Positions 20,334-30,311 of a stretch of 64,000 nt of DNA are shown piece after piece. The notes beneath the pieces were generated by a model that was given only the letters and a program-made list of their open reading frames with translations, did not search any database and was not told where the DNA came from. This DNA is from an uncultured Chloroflexia bacterium (GTDB taxonomy: Bacteria > Chloroflexota > Limnocylindria > Limnocylindrales > CSP1-4), in assembly GCA_963734535.1 (NCBI GenBank), contig CAVTHS010000008.1, positions 96,001-160,000 on the forward strand, given 5' to 3'. A program made the position numbers and the translations under genes. Position 1 is the stretch's first letter; each line of letters opens with the position of its first letter.

Positions 20334-22189
20334 GCGTCGAGCTCCGCGAGCGCCGCGGCAACGGCCGACGCCGCCTCCGCGTGCAGCTCGACGTTGCGTG
20401 CACGGTCCGTGCGGAGCTGGAGCACGCTGACCCCGGTCGCGACCAGGCTCTCGGCGAGCGCGGTCCGAAGCCCGCGGGCCCCGACCGGGCGGTACGTCGC
20501 CCCGAGCGCCTCGACGATCGGCCCGAAATCGATGCCGTGCGGCGTTCCGAAGAGCTCCTCGTAGTGCTCCGGCAGGCCTGCGCCCGGGTCGTCCGTCCGC
20601 GCCTGCGGCAGGAACGAGAAGATCCCGCCCCCGTCGTTGTCGACGAGAACGATCGTCGCCGAGAGCGCGTGACGCTTCGCCGCGGCGAGGGCGTTCAGGT
20701 CGTGGAGGAACGAGAGGTCGCCGACCACGAGCGCAACGTGACCCACGCCTGCGGCCGCCGCGCCGAGCGCGGACGAGACCACGCCGTCGATCCCGTTCGC
20801 GCCGCGGTTTGCGAGCGGCCGGATCGCCCGATCGCTCCCCGCCAGCCACGCGTCGAGATCGCGGACGGGCATCGAGCTGCCGGCCCACAGGATGGCGCCG
20901 TCGGGAAGCAGCTCGCCGAGATGGCCGAACGGCGCCCCCTCGAACGCCTCGCCGCGCGATTCGACGCCCGCCAGCCAGGCACGAAGCGCAGCGTCGGCCG
21001 CGCGGTCGGCGGCGAGCCAGCCGTCTCGCCAGGTGTTCCGGCCGGCCGGCGCCAGGGGCTCCCCGGGCTCGTCCGGGTCGCGCGTCCCGACCGAGCTCGC
21101 GAGCGCGTCGGCGAGCGCCCTCGCCGTGTCGGTCGCGTCCGCATGGACGAACGTCGTCGGGAGGAGCGCCGGCTCGCGGTAGCCCCCGTCGCCGTCGACC
21201 ACGACCTGGTCCGGCGCCGCATCCATCACGAGCGTGCCGAGCGGCTTCGAAGTCGGGGCCGCGCCGAAACGGATCACGAGGTCCGGCAGGTGCGTGTCGC
21301 GCCAGGGCCCCGGCCGGCAGAGGAGGTCGCCGCGGGCGATCACGTGCGAGCGGTCGTGGGGACCGCAGCGGGCGCCGGACAGCGGGTCGGCAAGGATCGG
21401 GAAGCCGGTCGCCTCCGCCAGGCGGGCCAGCGCGGCCGGCAGCGCGCGATCGTCCTGCGGCCCGGCAACGATGAGCCCGCGTCGCGCCGCGGCGAGGCGC
21501 TGCGCAAGGGCGGCCACGGCCGGGGCGGCCAGCGTGCGCGGTCCGGTCACGACGTCCGTGAACGGCCGGGCCGGCTCGTCGACCGCCGCTTCGTGCGGCC
21601 GCAGGTCGCCGCCGGGGACCAGCGGCTCGCGGAACGGGATGTTCAGGTGGACGGCGCCCGCCGGGCCCGCGCACGCGGTCGCGACCGCTCGGCCCGCGAG
21701 CGATCGGACGTGGCGGCGCGTCTCGGGCGCCGCGTCGAGGAGCGGCAGCTCCGCGGCCCACTTCGCGTGGACGCCGAAGATGCGAGCCTGGTCGATCGCC
21801 TGCGGCGCACCCCGGTCGCGCAGCTCCGGTGGGCGATCCGCCGTGAGCAGGACCAGGGGCACGCGCCCGAGCGTGGCCTCGACGGCAGCCGGCAGGAGGT
21901 TCGCGGCGGCTGTCCCCGACGTGACGAGGACCCCCGTCGCGCTCCGCGACGCGCGGGCCAGGCCAAGCGCGAAGAAGCCGGCCGCTCGCTCGTCGGACAG
22001 GACGCGAACCCGGATCCCGGGGTGCATCCGCAGCGCGAGCGCGAGCGGCGTCGAGCGCGATCCGGGGCAGACCACGACGTCGCGCATGCCGGCCCGGACC
22101 AGCTCGTCGACGAACGCCCGGAGCGCGACGATATCCGTTGCGGCCGAGGCCGCGGCGTCCGTCGCGGCCGTGGCCGCGACGTCCGTCAT
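20330..22189 (-). CDS. menD: SEPHCHC synthase (ThDP-dependent)
   Basis: [50 protein letters not shown]. Confidence 0.95.
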   Translation of the reverse strand: MTDVAATAATDAAASAATDIVALRAFVDELVRAGMRDVVVCPGSRSTPLALALRMHPGIRVRVLSDERAAGFFALGLARASRSATGVLVTSGTAAANLLPAAVEATLGRVPLVLLTADRPPELRDRGAPQAIDQARIFGVHAKWAAELPLLDAAPETRRHVRSLAGRAVATACAGPAGAVHLNIPFREPLVPGGDLRPHEAAVDEPARPFTDVVTGPRTLAAPAVAALAQRLAAARRGLIVAGPQDDRALPAALARLAEATGFPILADPLSGARCGPHDRSHVIARGDLLCRPGPWRDTHLPDLVIRFGAAPTSKPLGTLVMDAAPDQVVVDGDGGYREPALLPTTFVHADATDTARALADALASSVGTRDPDEPGEPLAPAGRNTWRDGWLAADRAADAALRAWLAGVESRGEAFEGAPFGHLGELLPDGAILWAGSSMPVRDLDAWLAGSDRAIRPLANRGANGIDGVVSSALGAAAAGVGHVALVVGDLSFLHDLNALAAAKRHALSATIVLVDNDGGGIFSFLPQARTDDPGAGLPEHYEELFGTPHGIDFGPIVEALGATYRPVGARGLRTALAESLVATGVSVLQLRTDRARNVELHAEAASAVAAALAELDA

Positions 22190-22238
22190 CTGCGCCACCC
22201 CGGCGCGCGGCGCGTCGGCCGCGCGCCCGGCTCGCCCG

Positions 22239-23684
22239 TCACTCGCGCGTCTCGGGCTCACGGCCCAGCGCGGAGACGACCGGCCGAAGCTTCATTCGCG
22301 ACTCCTCCCACTCGCGTGCCGGGTCGGAGTCGGCCACGATCCCGCAGCCGGCGTAGAGCGCCGCGTCGCGACCCGACACCAGGCCGCAGCGGAGCGCGAC
22401 CATCAGCTCACCGTCCCCGTCGGCCCCGAGCCAGCCGATCGGGCCCGCGTACCAGCCGCGCTCGATCCCCTCGTGCTCGGCGATCATCTCGAGGGCCAGG
22501 TCGCGCGGCTCACCTCCGACGGCCGGCGTCGGATGGAGACGTTCGGCGAGGCCGAGGAGCCCGGCCTGGTCGCGCAGCCGGCCGCGCACCGGCGTCACCA
22601 GGTGCTGGACGTCGCGCAGCGGGAGGATTCCGGGCTCAGCGCCGACCTCGAGCCTCTCGGCGAGGGGCGCCAGGCTGGTGCGCAGCATCTCGACCACGAC
22701 GGCGTGCTCCTCGCGCTCCTTCCCGCTCGCCATGAGCGCCGCGGCGAGGGCCGCGTCCTCCGCGGTCGTGGACCCGCGAGCCGCCGAGCCAGCGATCGCG
22801 ACCGTCTCGAAGTCGCGCCCGTCCGTTCGGACCAGCCGCTCGGGCGTGGCGCCCAGGAACGTCCGGCCGCCCCGGACGAAGGCGTAGATCGTGCCCTCCG
22901 GGGCGCCCGCGGCCAGGCGGCGCAGCGCGTTCTCGACATCGATCTCGATCGAGGACCGGAGGTCGACGCGGCGCGCGAGCACGACCTTGTCCAGCCGGCC
23001 CCGGCCGACGGCGCCGGCGAACAGGCCGACGAGCCGATCCCAGCCGGCCCGGTCCGGATGCTCCCCGAGCCGCGTCAACGGCAGGTCGGCCGGCCGGGCG
23101 ACCACGGCCCCCCTGGCGGGGCTCCGTGCTTCGGCGCGCGCGACGAGGGAATCCCAGTGGCGTTCGGCGGCCCGGGGATCGCGACGGTCCGGCTCCTCGG
23201 TCTCGGCGATCGTCACGTGCGTCGCCCCGTCCGCGCGGGTGACGGTCAGCGCCGGCAGGACGAGCGACGCTGCCCCGAACGGGGCCCACGGGTCGCCGGT
23301 GGCCGGTGGGGCGCCCGTGAAGCCGAGGCCGCCGAGGAGGACCGGCCCAACGCCGCGCGGCGATCCCGCCGGGACGTCGATCGCCGCTCCCACCAGGCGC
23401 TCGTGCCACGCCGACGCAGCGCGTGCGAAGCGATCGGCGCCCTCCGGCTCCACCGACCAGGCGCGCCCGATCCCGACGATCGCGAACCCGGCGGACGGCT
23501 GCAGCCAGAGGACGGCCTCGAGGTCATCCTCGCGGGCGGCGGCGAAGAGGCTGATCGGGTCGACGGCCCGGGCGGCCCGTGTCCACGCGCGGAGCGAGCC
23601 CGGCGAGCCCGGGTCCGCGAAGCCGCCGGGATCCCCCACCCTGTCCGGCGAGCGCGCGGCTCCGGGTCGCTCGACGACGGTCAC
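22239..23684 (-). CDS. menF: Isochorismate synthase
   Basis: KVVLAR, GATPERL, KEREEH, LHPTPAVGG, RGWYAGP, VALRC, AGCGIV. Confidence 0.93.
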   Translation of the reverse strand: MTVVERPGAARSPDRVGDPGGFADPGSPGSLRAWTRAARAVDPISLFAAAREDDLEAVLWLQPSAGFAIVGIGRAWSVEPEGADRFARAASAWHERLVGAAIDVPAGSPRGVGPVLLGGLGFTGAPPATGDPWAPFGAASLVLPALTVTRADGATHVTIAETEEPDRRDPRAAERHWDSLVARAEARSPARGAVVARPADLPLTRLGEHPDRAGWDRLVGLFAGAVGRGRLDKVVLARRVDLRSSIEIDVENALRRLAAGAPEGTIYAFVRGGRTFLGATPERLVRTDGRDFETVAIAGSAARGSTTAEDAALAAALMASGKEREEHAVVVEMLRTSLAPLAERLEVGAEPGILPLRDVQHLVTPVRGRLRDQAGLLGLAERLHPTPAVGGEPRDLALEMIAEHEGIERGWYAGPIGWLGADGDGELMVALRCGLVSGRDAALYAGCGIVADSDPAREWEESRMKLRPVVSALGREPETRE

Positions 23685-24325
23685 CGTGTCCCCCCCGTGA
23701 CAGCGATCCTCGCCTCGGGGACGCCGGCGCTGCGCAGGAGGAGCGCGCGGAGCGGCGGGTACGTCTCCTCCAGCCGCCCGGGATCGTCTGCCATCAGCCA
23801 GCGTGCGACGACCTCGTTGAGCGCGCCGAACCACGCGACGCCGGTCAGCCGAGTGTCGAGCGGCGGGATCGCGCCCTCCGCGACCGCCTGGTCGAGGTAG
23901 CCCGCGATCATCCGGGCGAAGCGCTCGTGGAGCGCGTTCGTCTCGTCGTTGAAGGCGCGGCCGGCGCCCAGCGCGTCCAGGAAGAGCAGCCGGGCCATCG
24001 TGCGGTGACCCGCGAACGTCGCGAACACCGTCCGCAGGGCAGCGTCCGCCTTGGCGATGGGGTCGGTCTCGGCCGCGACCGCCCGGTCGACCTTCGCCGC
24101 GAGCCGATCTGCCGTCGAGCGCATCAGCTCGCGGAAGATCGCCTCCTTCGTGGCGAAGTGGAAGTAGACGCCGCCCTTGCTCGTCTCGGCCGCGGCCGCG
24201 ATCTCGTCCATCGCGGTGTCCCGGTAGCCGCGCCGCGCGAACGTGTTGAACGCCGCGTCCAGGATCTGCTCGCGCCGGGTGCGGCTCTTCTCTGCTTGCG
24301 CGCTGCCGCGTCTCTCGTCGCCCAT
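23681..24325 (-). CDS. TetR/AcrR family transcriptional regulator
   Basis: ILDAA...TAMDEIAAAAETSKGGVYFHFATKE HTH; stop overlaps the menF start. Confidence 0.93.
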   Translation of the reverse strand: MGDERRGSAQAEKSRTRREQILDAAFNTFARRGYRDTAMDEIAAAAETSKGGVYFHFATKEAIFRELMRSTADRLAAKVDRAVAAETDPIAKADAALRTVFATFAGHRTMARLLFLDALGAGRAFNDETNALHERFARMIAGYLDQAVAEGAIPPLDTRLTGVAWFGALNEVVARWLMADDPGRLEETYPPLRALLLRSAGVPEARIAVTGGTR

Positions 24326-24350
24326 CGGTGGCGTTCGCCTGCCCTCCGCA

Positions 24351-24386
24351 AAACCGACCGACCAGTCGGTTTGTTTGCTGATGGTA
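24351..24386 (-). promoter_or_regulatory. Putative TetR operator and -10 box of the tetR-men operon
   Basis: Inverted repeat AAACCGAC-N6-GTCGGTTT (24351-24372) just downstream of minus-strand TACCAT (24386-24381). Confidence 0.7.
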
Positions 24387-24457
24387 TCCGGTACCTGCCG
24401 AATTCACCGCAGCGCATCTCGGGGCTTCGCGAGCTGTGCCCCGGCAGGCCGGCGGGG

Positions 24458-25756
24458 TCAGGCGGAGCGGACGGCCGGCAGCGAGAGCACGAAGCGGGCG
24501 CCCCCGCCGGGCGCGTCCGTCGCCACGAGCGTCCCGCCGTGAAGCTCGGCCAGGCGGCGCGCGATGGCGAGGCCCAGGCCACTCCCTGCGTCGGCCCGGG
24601 TGCGGGAGCCGGGCAGCCGCGCGAAAGGCTCGAAGATCGCCTCGCGGGCCTCGACGGGAACGCCCGGGCCCTCGTCATCGACGCTCACCGACGCAGTCCT
24701 CCCGGTGATCGGCGCCGCGGCCACCGTCACCCGGCCCCCCGGCGGCGAGTGCCCGAACGCGTTGTCGACGAGGACGAGCAGCAGCTGGACGAGCCGGTTC
24801 GCGTCGCCAAGGACGGGGAGCGCCGTCCCGTCGTCCGGTGGCCCAACCAGCTCGATCCCGCGCTCGACGGCGAGAGGACCCGCCCGGCGGACCGTGTCGC
24901 GGGCGACCTCGGCCAGGTCGACGGGACGCCGCTCGATCGCGAGCGCGCCGCGCTCCGAGGCCGCGAGGGCCAGCAGGTCGTCGACCAGGCCGCCGAGCCG
25001 GTCGGACTCCGCCACGATGTCCGCCACGAGCGAGCGACCTTCGTCGGCGACCAGCCCCTCCCGCTCCAGGACCTCTGCGGAGGCCCGGATGATGGCGGCG
25101 GGCGTCCGGATCTCGTGCGAGGCGTCCGCCACGAAGCGCCGCTCGGTGGCGAACGCGGCGCGGATCGGGACCAGGGCCCGGCCGGTCACGAAGAGCGTCA
25201 CGAGCGCTGCGCCGGCGAGCCCGACCAGCCCGGCCAGCGTGACCGCCAGGACGAGGCTGCTCGACTGGCGTTCGTGGAGCGTCAGCACGAACCCGGCCTC
25301 GAGCCAGCCCGCCGGGTGCGCGGCGGCGCCGATCGGGAGGGTCAGGAGGCGGATCGGGACGGTCCCGTCCGCGACGGTCCGAAGGTCCCGCCCGGTCGCC
25401 CGGGCTGCTGCGACCGCCGCCACATCCGGCAGGCCCTGGCGCGACACGCTCGACGGGTTGGAGACGAGGGCGCCGGCCGGGTCGAGGATCAGGAAGAAGG
25501 TGTCCGACGCCTCCGGCGGATGCTCGTCGGTCTCGCTGTCGGTGGCCGACGGAAGCTCGCCATCCAGCCGCTGCAACTCGGCGGTGGCCGATTGCTCCAG
25601 CACGCGGTCCACGTCCTGGTCCAGCGCGGTGGTCGCGATGAGCGCGGTGGCCGCCCCGATGGCGAGGACGAGCGCGCCGATCAGCAGGAGCGTCATGACG
25701 GCCAGTCGCCGGCGTGTCGCGGCAAGGAGCCGGCCGGCGGGAGCGCGGTCGGTCAC
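24458..25756 (-). CDS. Membrane sensor histidine kinase
   Basis: Two TMs, FVADASHEIRTP, LVDNA, DDEGPG, GSGLGLAI. Confidence 0.93.
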   Translation of the reverse strand: MTDRAPAGRLLAATRRRLAVMTLLLIGALVLAIGAATALIATTALDQDVDRVLEQSATAELQRLDGELPSATDSETDEHPPEASDTFFLILDPAGALVSNPSSVSRQGLPDVAAVAAARATGRDLRTVADGTVPIRLLTLPIGAAAHPAGWLEAGFVLTLHERQSSSLVLAVTLAGLVGLAGAALVTLFVTGRALVPIRAAFATERRFVADASHEIRTPAAIIRASAEVLEREGLVADEGRSLVADIVAESDRLGGLVDDLLALAASERGALAIERRPVDLAEVARDTVRRAGPLAVERGIELVGPPDDGTALPVLGDANRLVQLLLVLVDNAFGHSPPGGRVTVAAAPITGRTASVSVDDEGPGVPVEAREAIFEPFARLPGSRTRADAGSGLGLAIARRLAELHGGTLVATDAPGGGARFVLSLPAVRSA

Positions 25757-25772
25757 GCGACGACCTGCGCCC

Positions 25773-26456
25773 TCACGCGTCCGCCCGGAGCGCATACCCG
25801 ACGCCGCGCACGGTTCGGATGCCGGTCGCGCTGCCCAGCTCCGCCAGCTTCCGGCGCACATACGAGACGTAGAGGTCGACGACGTTCGAGTAGACGTCGG
25901 GCTCCGCGCCCCAGACCGCATCCAGGACCTGCTGGCGCGTAACGACGCGGCTCTCGTTGCGGATCAGGTAGGCGAGCAGGGCGAACTCGCGGGCCGAGAG
26001 GTCGGCGCTCCGCTCACCCACCCTGGCCACGTGGCGCTCCTCGTCGAGCTCGAGGTCGCCCGCCACGAGACGTGTCGCGGGCGCCGTGGTCGCGCGCCGG
26101 CCGAGCGCCCGGACCCGCGCCAGCAGCTCGGCGAACGCGAACGGCTTGGCGAGGTAGTCGTCCGCCCCCGCGTCGAGGCCGGCGACGCGGTCGTCCACGC
26201 CGCCGAGCGCGGTAAGCATCAGGGCCGGGGTCCGGATCCCGCGGGTCCGCAGCATCCGGAGCAGGTCCAGCCCGTCGAGGTCGGGGAGCATCCGGTCCAG
26301 GACGAGCACGTCGTACGGGACCGCCTCCGACGCGGTGGCGAGGCTGAGCGCACCGACGGCATCTCCGGCCCGGTCCACGACGTGCCGCTCTGCGACGAGG
26401 ACGCGCCGGATCAGCTCTGCCATCTTCGGTTCGTCCTCGACCAGCAGGATTCGCAT
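25773..26456 (-). CDS. OmpR/PhoB family response regulator
   Basis: MRILLVEDE, LDRMLP, GADDYLAKPF, VVDLYVSYVRRKL, IRTVRGVGY. Confidence 0.95.
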   Translation of the reverse strand: MRILLVEDEPKMAELIRRVLVAERHVVDRAGDAVGALSLATASEAVPYDVLVLDRMLPDLDGLDLLRMLRTRGIRTPALMLTALGGVDDRVAGLDAGADDYLAKPFAFAELLARVRALGRRATTAPATRLVAGDLELDEERHVARVGERSADLSAREFALLAYLIRNESRVVTRQQVLDAVWGAEPDVYSNVVDLYVSYVRRKLAELGSATGIRTVRGVGYALRADA

Positions 26457-26646
26457 CGAAGGCATCGTCCGGGTCCGCGGCGACGGCGTCAACGGCCGAA
26501 CGGCATTCCTGTGAGAACACACATCCGCCACACACGCCGCGGCCATCGCGCGAGGCGAGGCTATGCGTGTCACTCGAACCAACCGCCCGGCCGGACGGCG
26601 CTCCGCTGCCAGCCTCGCCGGGCCGATGAACACGGAGCCATCCAGG

Positions 26647-27030
26647 ATGCCCACCCCACCGACCGAGACCCCAGCTCCCCGGCGCCCGGACGTCCGCCGT
26701 CCCGCCGGCGTGAGCCGCTTCGGCGTCCTTGCGGGGATCGTCGCCACCGCCGGAACGCTCGCGGTCGCGTTCCTCGGGCTGGGCGGCCCGCCTGTCCCGG
26801 TGGCGCCGCTTGCCCTCGCCGATGCCACGGCGACGGAGCCGGCCGTGCAGCAGGTCGTCGTCAAGACCATCTACGTCCAGCTGCCCTCCCCCTCGGCCGC
26901 GCCCGTCGCCAGGCCTGCTGCCGCTCCCGTGGCGGCCGCCCCGAAGCCCGTGATCAGGGTGGTGACCAGGCAGTCCGGTGCCGGCGGCGGCGAAGGCGGC
27001 GAAGGCGGCGAGCAGGAAGGAGACGACTGA
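26647..27030 (+). CDS. Small single-pass Pro/Ala-rich protein with TRQSG motif (paralog 1)
   Basis: One TM, VVKTIYVQ and VVTRQSGA motifs shared with the next gene; start uncertain (26563, 26626 or 26647). Confidence 0.7.
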   Translation: MPTPPTETPAPRRPDVRRPAGVSRFGVLAGIVATAGTLAVAFLGLGGPPVPVAPLALADATATEPAVQQVVVKTIYVQLPSPSAAPVARPAAAPVAAAPKPVIRVVTRQSGAGGGEGGEGGEQEGDD

Positions 27031-27031
27031 G

Positions 27032-27499
27032 ATGCCGATCCGAACTGACCCGGCCCCCCGGGCGATCCCCGTCGCCCCCGGTCCCGTGCCGGTGCCATCG
27101 GCGGAGCTCGCGCCCGCCCGTCCGACGACGATGCCGTCGCCGGTGCCCGCCGCCGCTCGTCCGATGCCGGCCCGGCCGGACTCCGCGGCGCGCCCGGCGC
27201 CACGGCGCCCGGACCCGACCTCGGCGCGGCTCGCGGTCGCTGCAGGCGGGATCGCGACGATCTCCGCGCTTCTCGCCGCGATCGGGAGCGCAGCCGTTCC
27301 CGGCGCGCTTGCCGTGGCACCGACGACGGCCCCGGCCGCGGCCCTGCCGGTCCAGACCATCGTGAAGTATGTCTACGTGCAGCCGGGCGCCGCCGCACCG
27401 GTGGCGCCGCCGGCGGCCGTCGCGACCGTCGTGGCCACGCCGGCTCCGCGCCCGGCTCCCGTCGTCGTGGTGACTCGCCAGTCCGGCGCGAAGCCGTGA
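27032..27499 (+). CDS. Small single-pass Pro/Ala-rich protein with TRQSG motif (paralog 2)
   Basis: AAGGAG RBS; one TM, IVKYVYVQ, VVTRQSGAKP; stop overlaps the ApbE gene. Confidence 0.75.
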   Translation: MPIRTDPAPRAIPVAPGPVPVPSAELAPARPTTMPSPVPAAARPMPARPDSAARPAPRRPDPTSARLAVAAGGIATISALLAAIGSAAVPGALAVAPTTAPAAALPVQTIVKYVYVQPGAAAPVAPPAAVATVVATPAPRPAPVVVVTRQSGAKP

Positions 27500-28533
27500 T
27501 GGCCGCGCCCGATCTCAAGGCGGAGACGGGCATGACCGCGGCAGCGGGTCAGCCGACCCCGCTGCCCCGGGCGGTGGATCGCTCGGGGGCAATGGGCGGC
27601 GGGCTCGGCATCCACGTTGCGGTCGCGCGGGATGCGGACATTCCCGCGGCCGAGATCGACGCAGGACGGGTCGCCGCCCGCGTTCGCGCCTGGGCCGGAC
27701 GCCTGACCCGGCACGACCCGAGCTCCGACCTGATGCGAGCCAACGCCGACCCGCGTGGCGCGGTGCCCGTCCGCCCGACGCTCGCCGCGGCGTTGCGTTG
27801 GGCCGCAGACGCGTCCGAGATGAGCGGCGGGATCGTCGATGCGACGATGCTCCGCGAGCGTCTCGCCGCGGAGACGCCGGCGCCGCTCGTGCCCCCGACC
27901 TTCGCGCCGCCGCCCGCCGATCCGCGCGGCTGGTCGAGCGCACTGTCCAGCCGGCCGAGATCGCGGCCCACGTGGCGTCTCGAGGCGTCCCGGCACCGCA
28001 GCGCGATCCTCCAACGCGAGCCCGGCACGGCGTTCGATCTCGACGGGGTCGCGAAGGGCTGGATCGCCGACCGCGCGCTCGCGCTGCTCGACCGTCATCC
28101 TGGCGCCCTCGTCGACGCCGACGGCGACATCGCCATCCGGGCCGCGCAGGGCGACTCCTGGGAGGTCAGCGTGGCCGACCCGCGCGCGCCGGGGGCAGAG
28201 CTCGCCGTCTTCGTCCTTCCCGGAGCCCGGCTGGGCGCGAGCTACGGCGTCGCGACATCCGGCATCAGCGTCCACCGCTGGACAGCGCAGGACGGCGAGC
28301 GGCATCACCTGATCGACCCGCGGACGGGACTTCCGGCGGCAACGGACATCGTGCAGGCGACCGTCCTCGCGGGAAGCGCCAGCGTGGCCGAGGCCTGGGC
28401 GAAGACCGCGGTCGTGCTCGGCCTGGTCGCCGCGCTCGACGTGCTCGATCGCGCGCCGGTGCTGGGGGCTATTCTGCTTGCATCCGACGGCCGCGTTCTC
28501 GCCGTCCCCCGAACCACCCGGTGGCTGGCATGA
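27496..28533 (+). CDS. apbE: FAD:protein FMN transferase (ApbE family)
   Basis: SDLMRAN, DLDGVAKGWIAD, DGDI, VATSG, HHLIDPRTG. Confidence 0.92.
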   Translation: MMAAPDLKAETGMTAAAGQPTPLPRAVDRSGAMGGGLGIHVAVARDADIPAAEIDAGRVAARVRAWAGRLTRHDPSSDLMRANADPRGAVPVRPTLAAALRWAADASEMSGGIVDATMLRERLAAETPAPLVPPTFAPPPADPRGWSSALSSRPRSRPTWRLEASRHRSAILQREPGTAFDLDGVAKGWIADRALALLDRHPGALVDADGDIAIRAAQGDSWEVSVADPRAPGAELAVFVLPGARLGASYGVATSGISVHRWTAQDGERHHLIDPRTGLPAATDIVQATVLAGSASVAEAWAKTAVVLGLVAALDVLDRAPVLGAILLASDGRVLAVPRTTRWLA

Positions 28534-29459
28534 AATACCGCGGCCTCTCCCCACTCCAGCGCGGCATCTTCTGGGTTGTCCTCATGGTCGTCGTCGGTGG
28601 CGTCGTGGGCGTCACCGGGCCGCGGGCGGCTCGGGCGCTGGCTGACCTCGCGCAGGTCGCCCCGGACCGCCTGCCGTGGGTCGCGACCCGCCTCGTGGCG
28701 TTCCTCTCGTACTTCGCCATCGCCGGGTCGGTCGTGTACGGCCTGCTCCTCTCGACGAAGATCCTCGACGCCATCGCACACCGGCCCGTCTCGTTCGCGC
28801 TGCACCAGGATCTCGCTGCGATCGGCCTCGGGCTCGCAGGCGTTCACGCCGTCCTCCTCGGGCTGGACGCAGCGGTGCCGTTCTCGCTCACCGACATGCT
28901 GGTCCCGTTCGTCGCCCCGTACCGGCCGCTGTGGGTCGGAATCGGCCAGCTGACGCTCTACCTGGTAGCCGTGGTGCTCGCCAGCTTCTACCTGCGCCGC
29001 CGGATCGGGCAGCGCTCCTGGCGGCTCCTCCACTACTTGACGTTCCTGTCGTTCGCCGGCGCGACTGCGCACGGGATCCTCTCCGGAAGCGACAGCGGAA
29101 CGGCCTGGGCCTGGTGGAGCTACGTGGGGGCCACCGCGCTCGTCGTCTTCCTGACCGGGTACCGGGTCGTCACCGGGATCGTGGCCGCTCGTGAGCGCGC
29201 GGCACGGCCCGCGCCGGGAACCGCCGTGCCCGGCGCAGCGCCTCTCCTGGCGCCGGGAACCGCAGTGCCCAGCGCAGCGCCACTCCGCGCGCAGGGAACC
29301 CTCCCGCTCGGCGCGCCGCCACTGCGGGCGCCGGGGTCCGCGCCGCGGATGGCGCCTCCGTCAGGGCCGCGACCCGCACCTGCGCTGTCGCCGCTCGACC
29401 TTCGCGCGCCCCACCGGCCGGTGGCGGGAGTGCCGGAGGGCGCGCAGCCAACCGCCTGA
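28530..29459 (+). CDS. Ferric-reductase-like (MsrQ-like) transmembrane heme-b protein
   Basis: About six TMs with four His (ALHQ, GVHA, LLHY, TAHG), YRPLWVGIG, GSDS; 13-aa repeats in the C-terminal tail. Confidence 0.85.
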   Translation: MKYRGLSPLQRGIFWVVLMVVVGGVVGVTGPRAARALADLAQVAPDRLPWVATRLVAFLSYFAIAGSVVYGLLLSTKILDAIAHRPVSFALHQDLAAIGLGLAGVHAVLLGLDAAVPFSLTDMLVPFVAPYRPLWVGIGQLTLYLVAVVLASFYLRRRIGQRSWRLLHYLTFLSFAGATAHGILSGSDSGTAWAWWSYVGATALVVFLTGYRVVTGIVAARERAARPAPGTAVPGAAPLLAPGTAVPSAAPLRAQGTLPLGAPPLRAPGSAPRMAPPSGPRPAPALSPLDLRAPHRPVAGVPEGAQPTA

Positions 29460-29657
29460 CCGGTTGGCGCGGGACGGCGAAGCGCCGTGGGCGCGGCTCC
29501 ACGCATAGGGGTCGCCGCGGCCCCGGGCGTTACCCGCGCGGCTCCACGCACACGCGGACGCCATGGCCCTGGGCCGGCGCCCGGCCAGGCCGAACCCCAT
29601 CTCCCAGGACGTCTCCCGCGCGCCTCGAGGCGCGGGCACGCGGGAACGTGACGTGCC

Positions 29658-30311
29658 TCATACGAGGACAAGCGCGTCGTCCGGAGGCGGGAGGCCCGCG
29701 GCGAGCGCCGACCAGGCGATCCGGGCATCGACCGGGAAGGCGGCCACGAACTCGGGCCGGGCGATGTGCACGATCTCCCGGTTCGTCCGAGTGTCGGCCA
29801 CCACGATCACCAGGCGGTCGGCGGCACCGTCGCGACGCTTGGCGGCGACCCGCCGGAGCAGCGCCTGGACGTCGCGCAGGCGCGTCTCGGCCTCGATCGC
29901 GACGACCCGCCCATCCCGGACGAGCACCCCATCCCAGGCCCTCGGATCCCCGGGCGCCCCGATCGGGACCTCGGGTCGCCACCGCCATCCGGACCCGACC
30001 CGCTGGCGGAAACGCGCCAGCAGCCGGATATGGGCAGCGTCCCGGATCGGCGGACCCGCGGGGTAGGCGCGAAGCGCAACGTCCAGGCCGAGCGCCGCGA
30101 GCACGGTGGAGACTCGCTCGACGGAGACTCGAGGCGCCCGGCCGGCCTCGATGCGACTCACCGACGATCTCGACGTCCGAGCCGCTCGCGCAACCGAAGC
30201 CTGGCTCAACCCCGCCCCGAGTCGAGCGTTCATGGCCTCACGGCCGATCTCGACGATGAGCTCGCGCGCTCGGCGCCTGCCCCGATCGGCTGGACTCTCT
30301 CTCGATGCCAC
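29658..30311 (-). CDS. XRE-type HTH protein with C-terminal restriction-endonuclease-like domain
   Basis: GLSQASVA...VSRIEAG HTH; EV...D...IEAET pattern resembling a PD-(D/E)xK fold. Confidence 0.75.
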   Translation of the reverse strand: MASRESPADRGRRRARELIVEIGREAMNARLGAGLSQASVARAARTSRSSVSRIEAGRAPRVSVERVSTVLAALGLDVALRAYPAGPPIRDAAHIRLLARFRQRVGSGWRWRPEVPIGAPGDPRAWDGVLVRDGRVVAIEAETRLRDVQALLRRVAAKRRDGAADRLVIVVADTRTNREIVHIARPEFVAAFPVDARIAWSALAAGLPPPDDALVLV

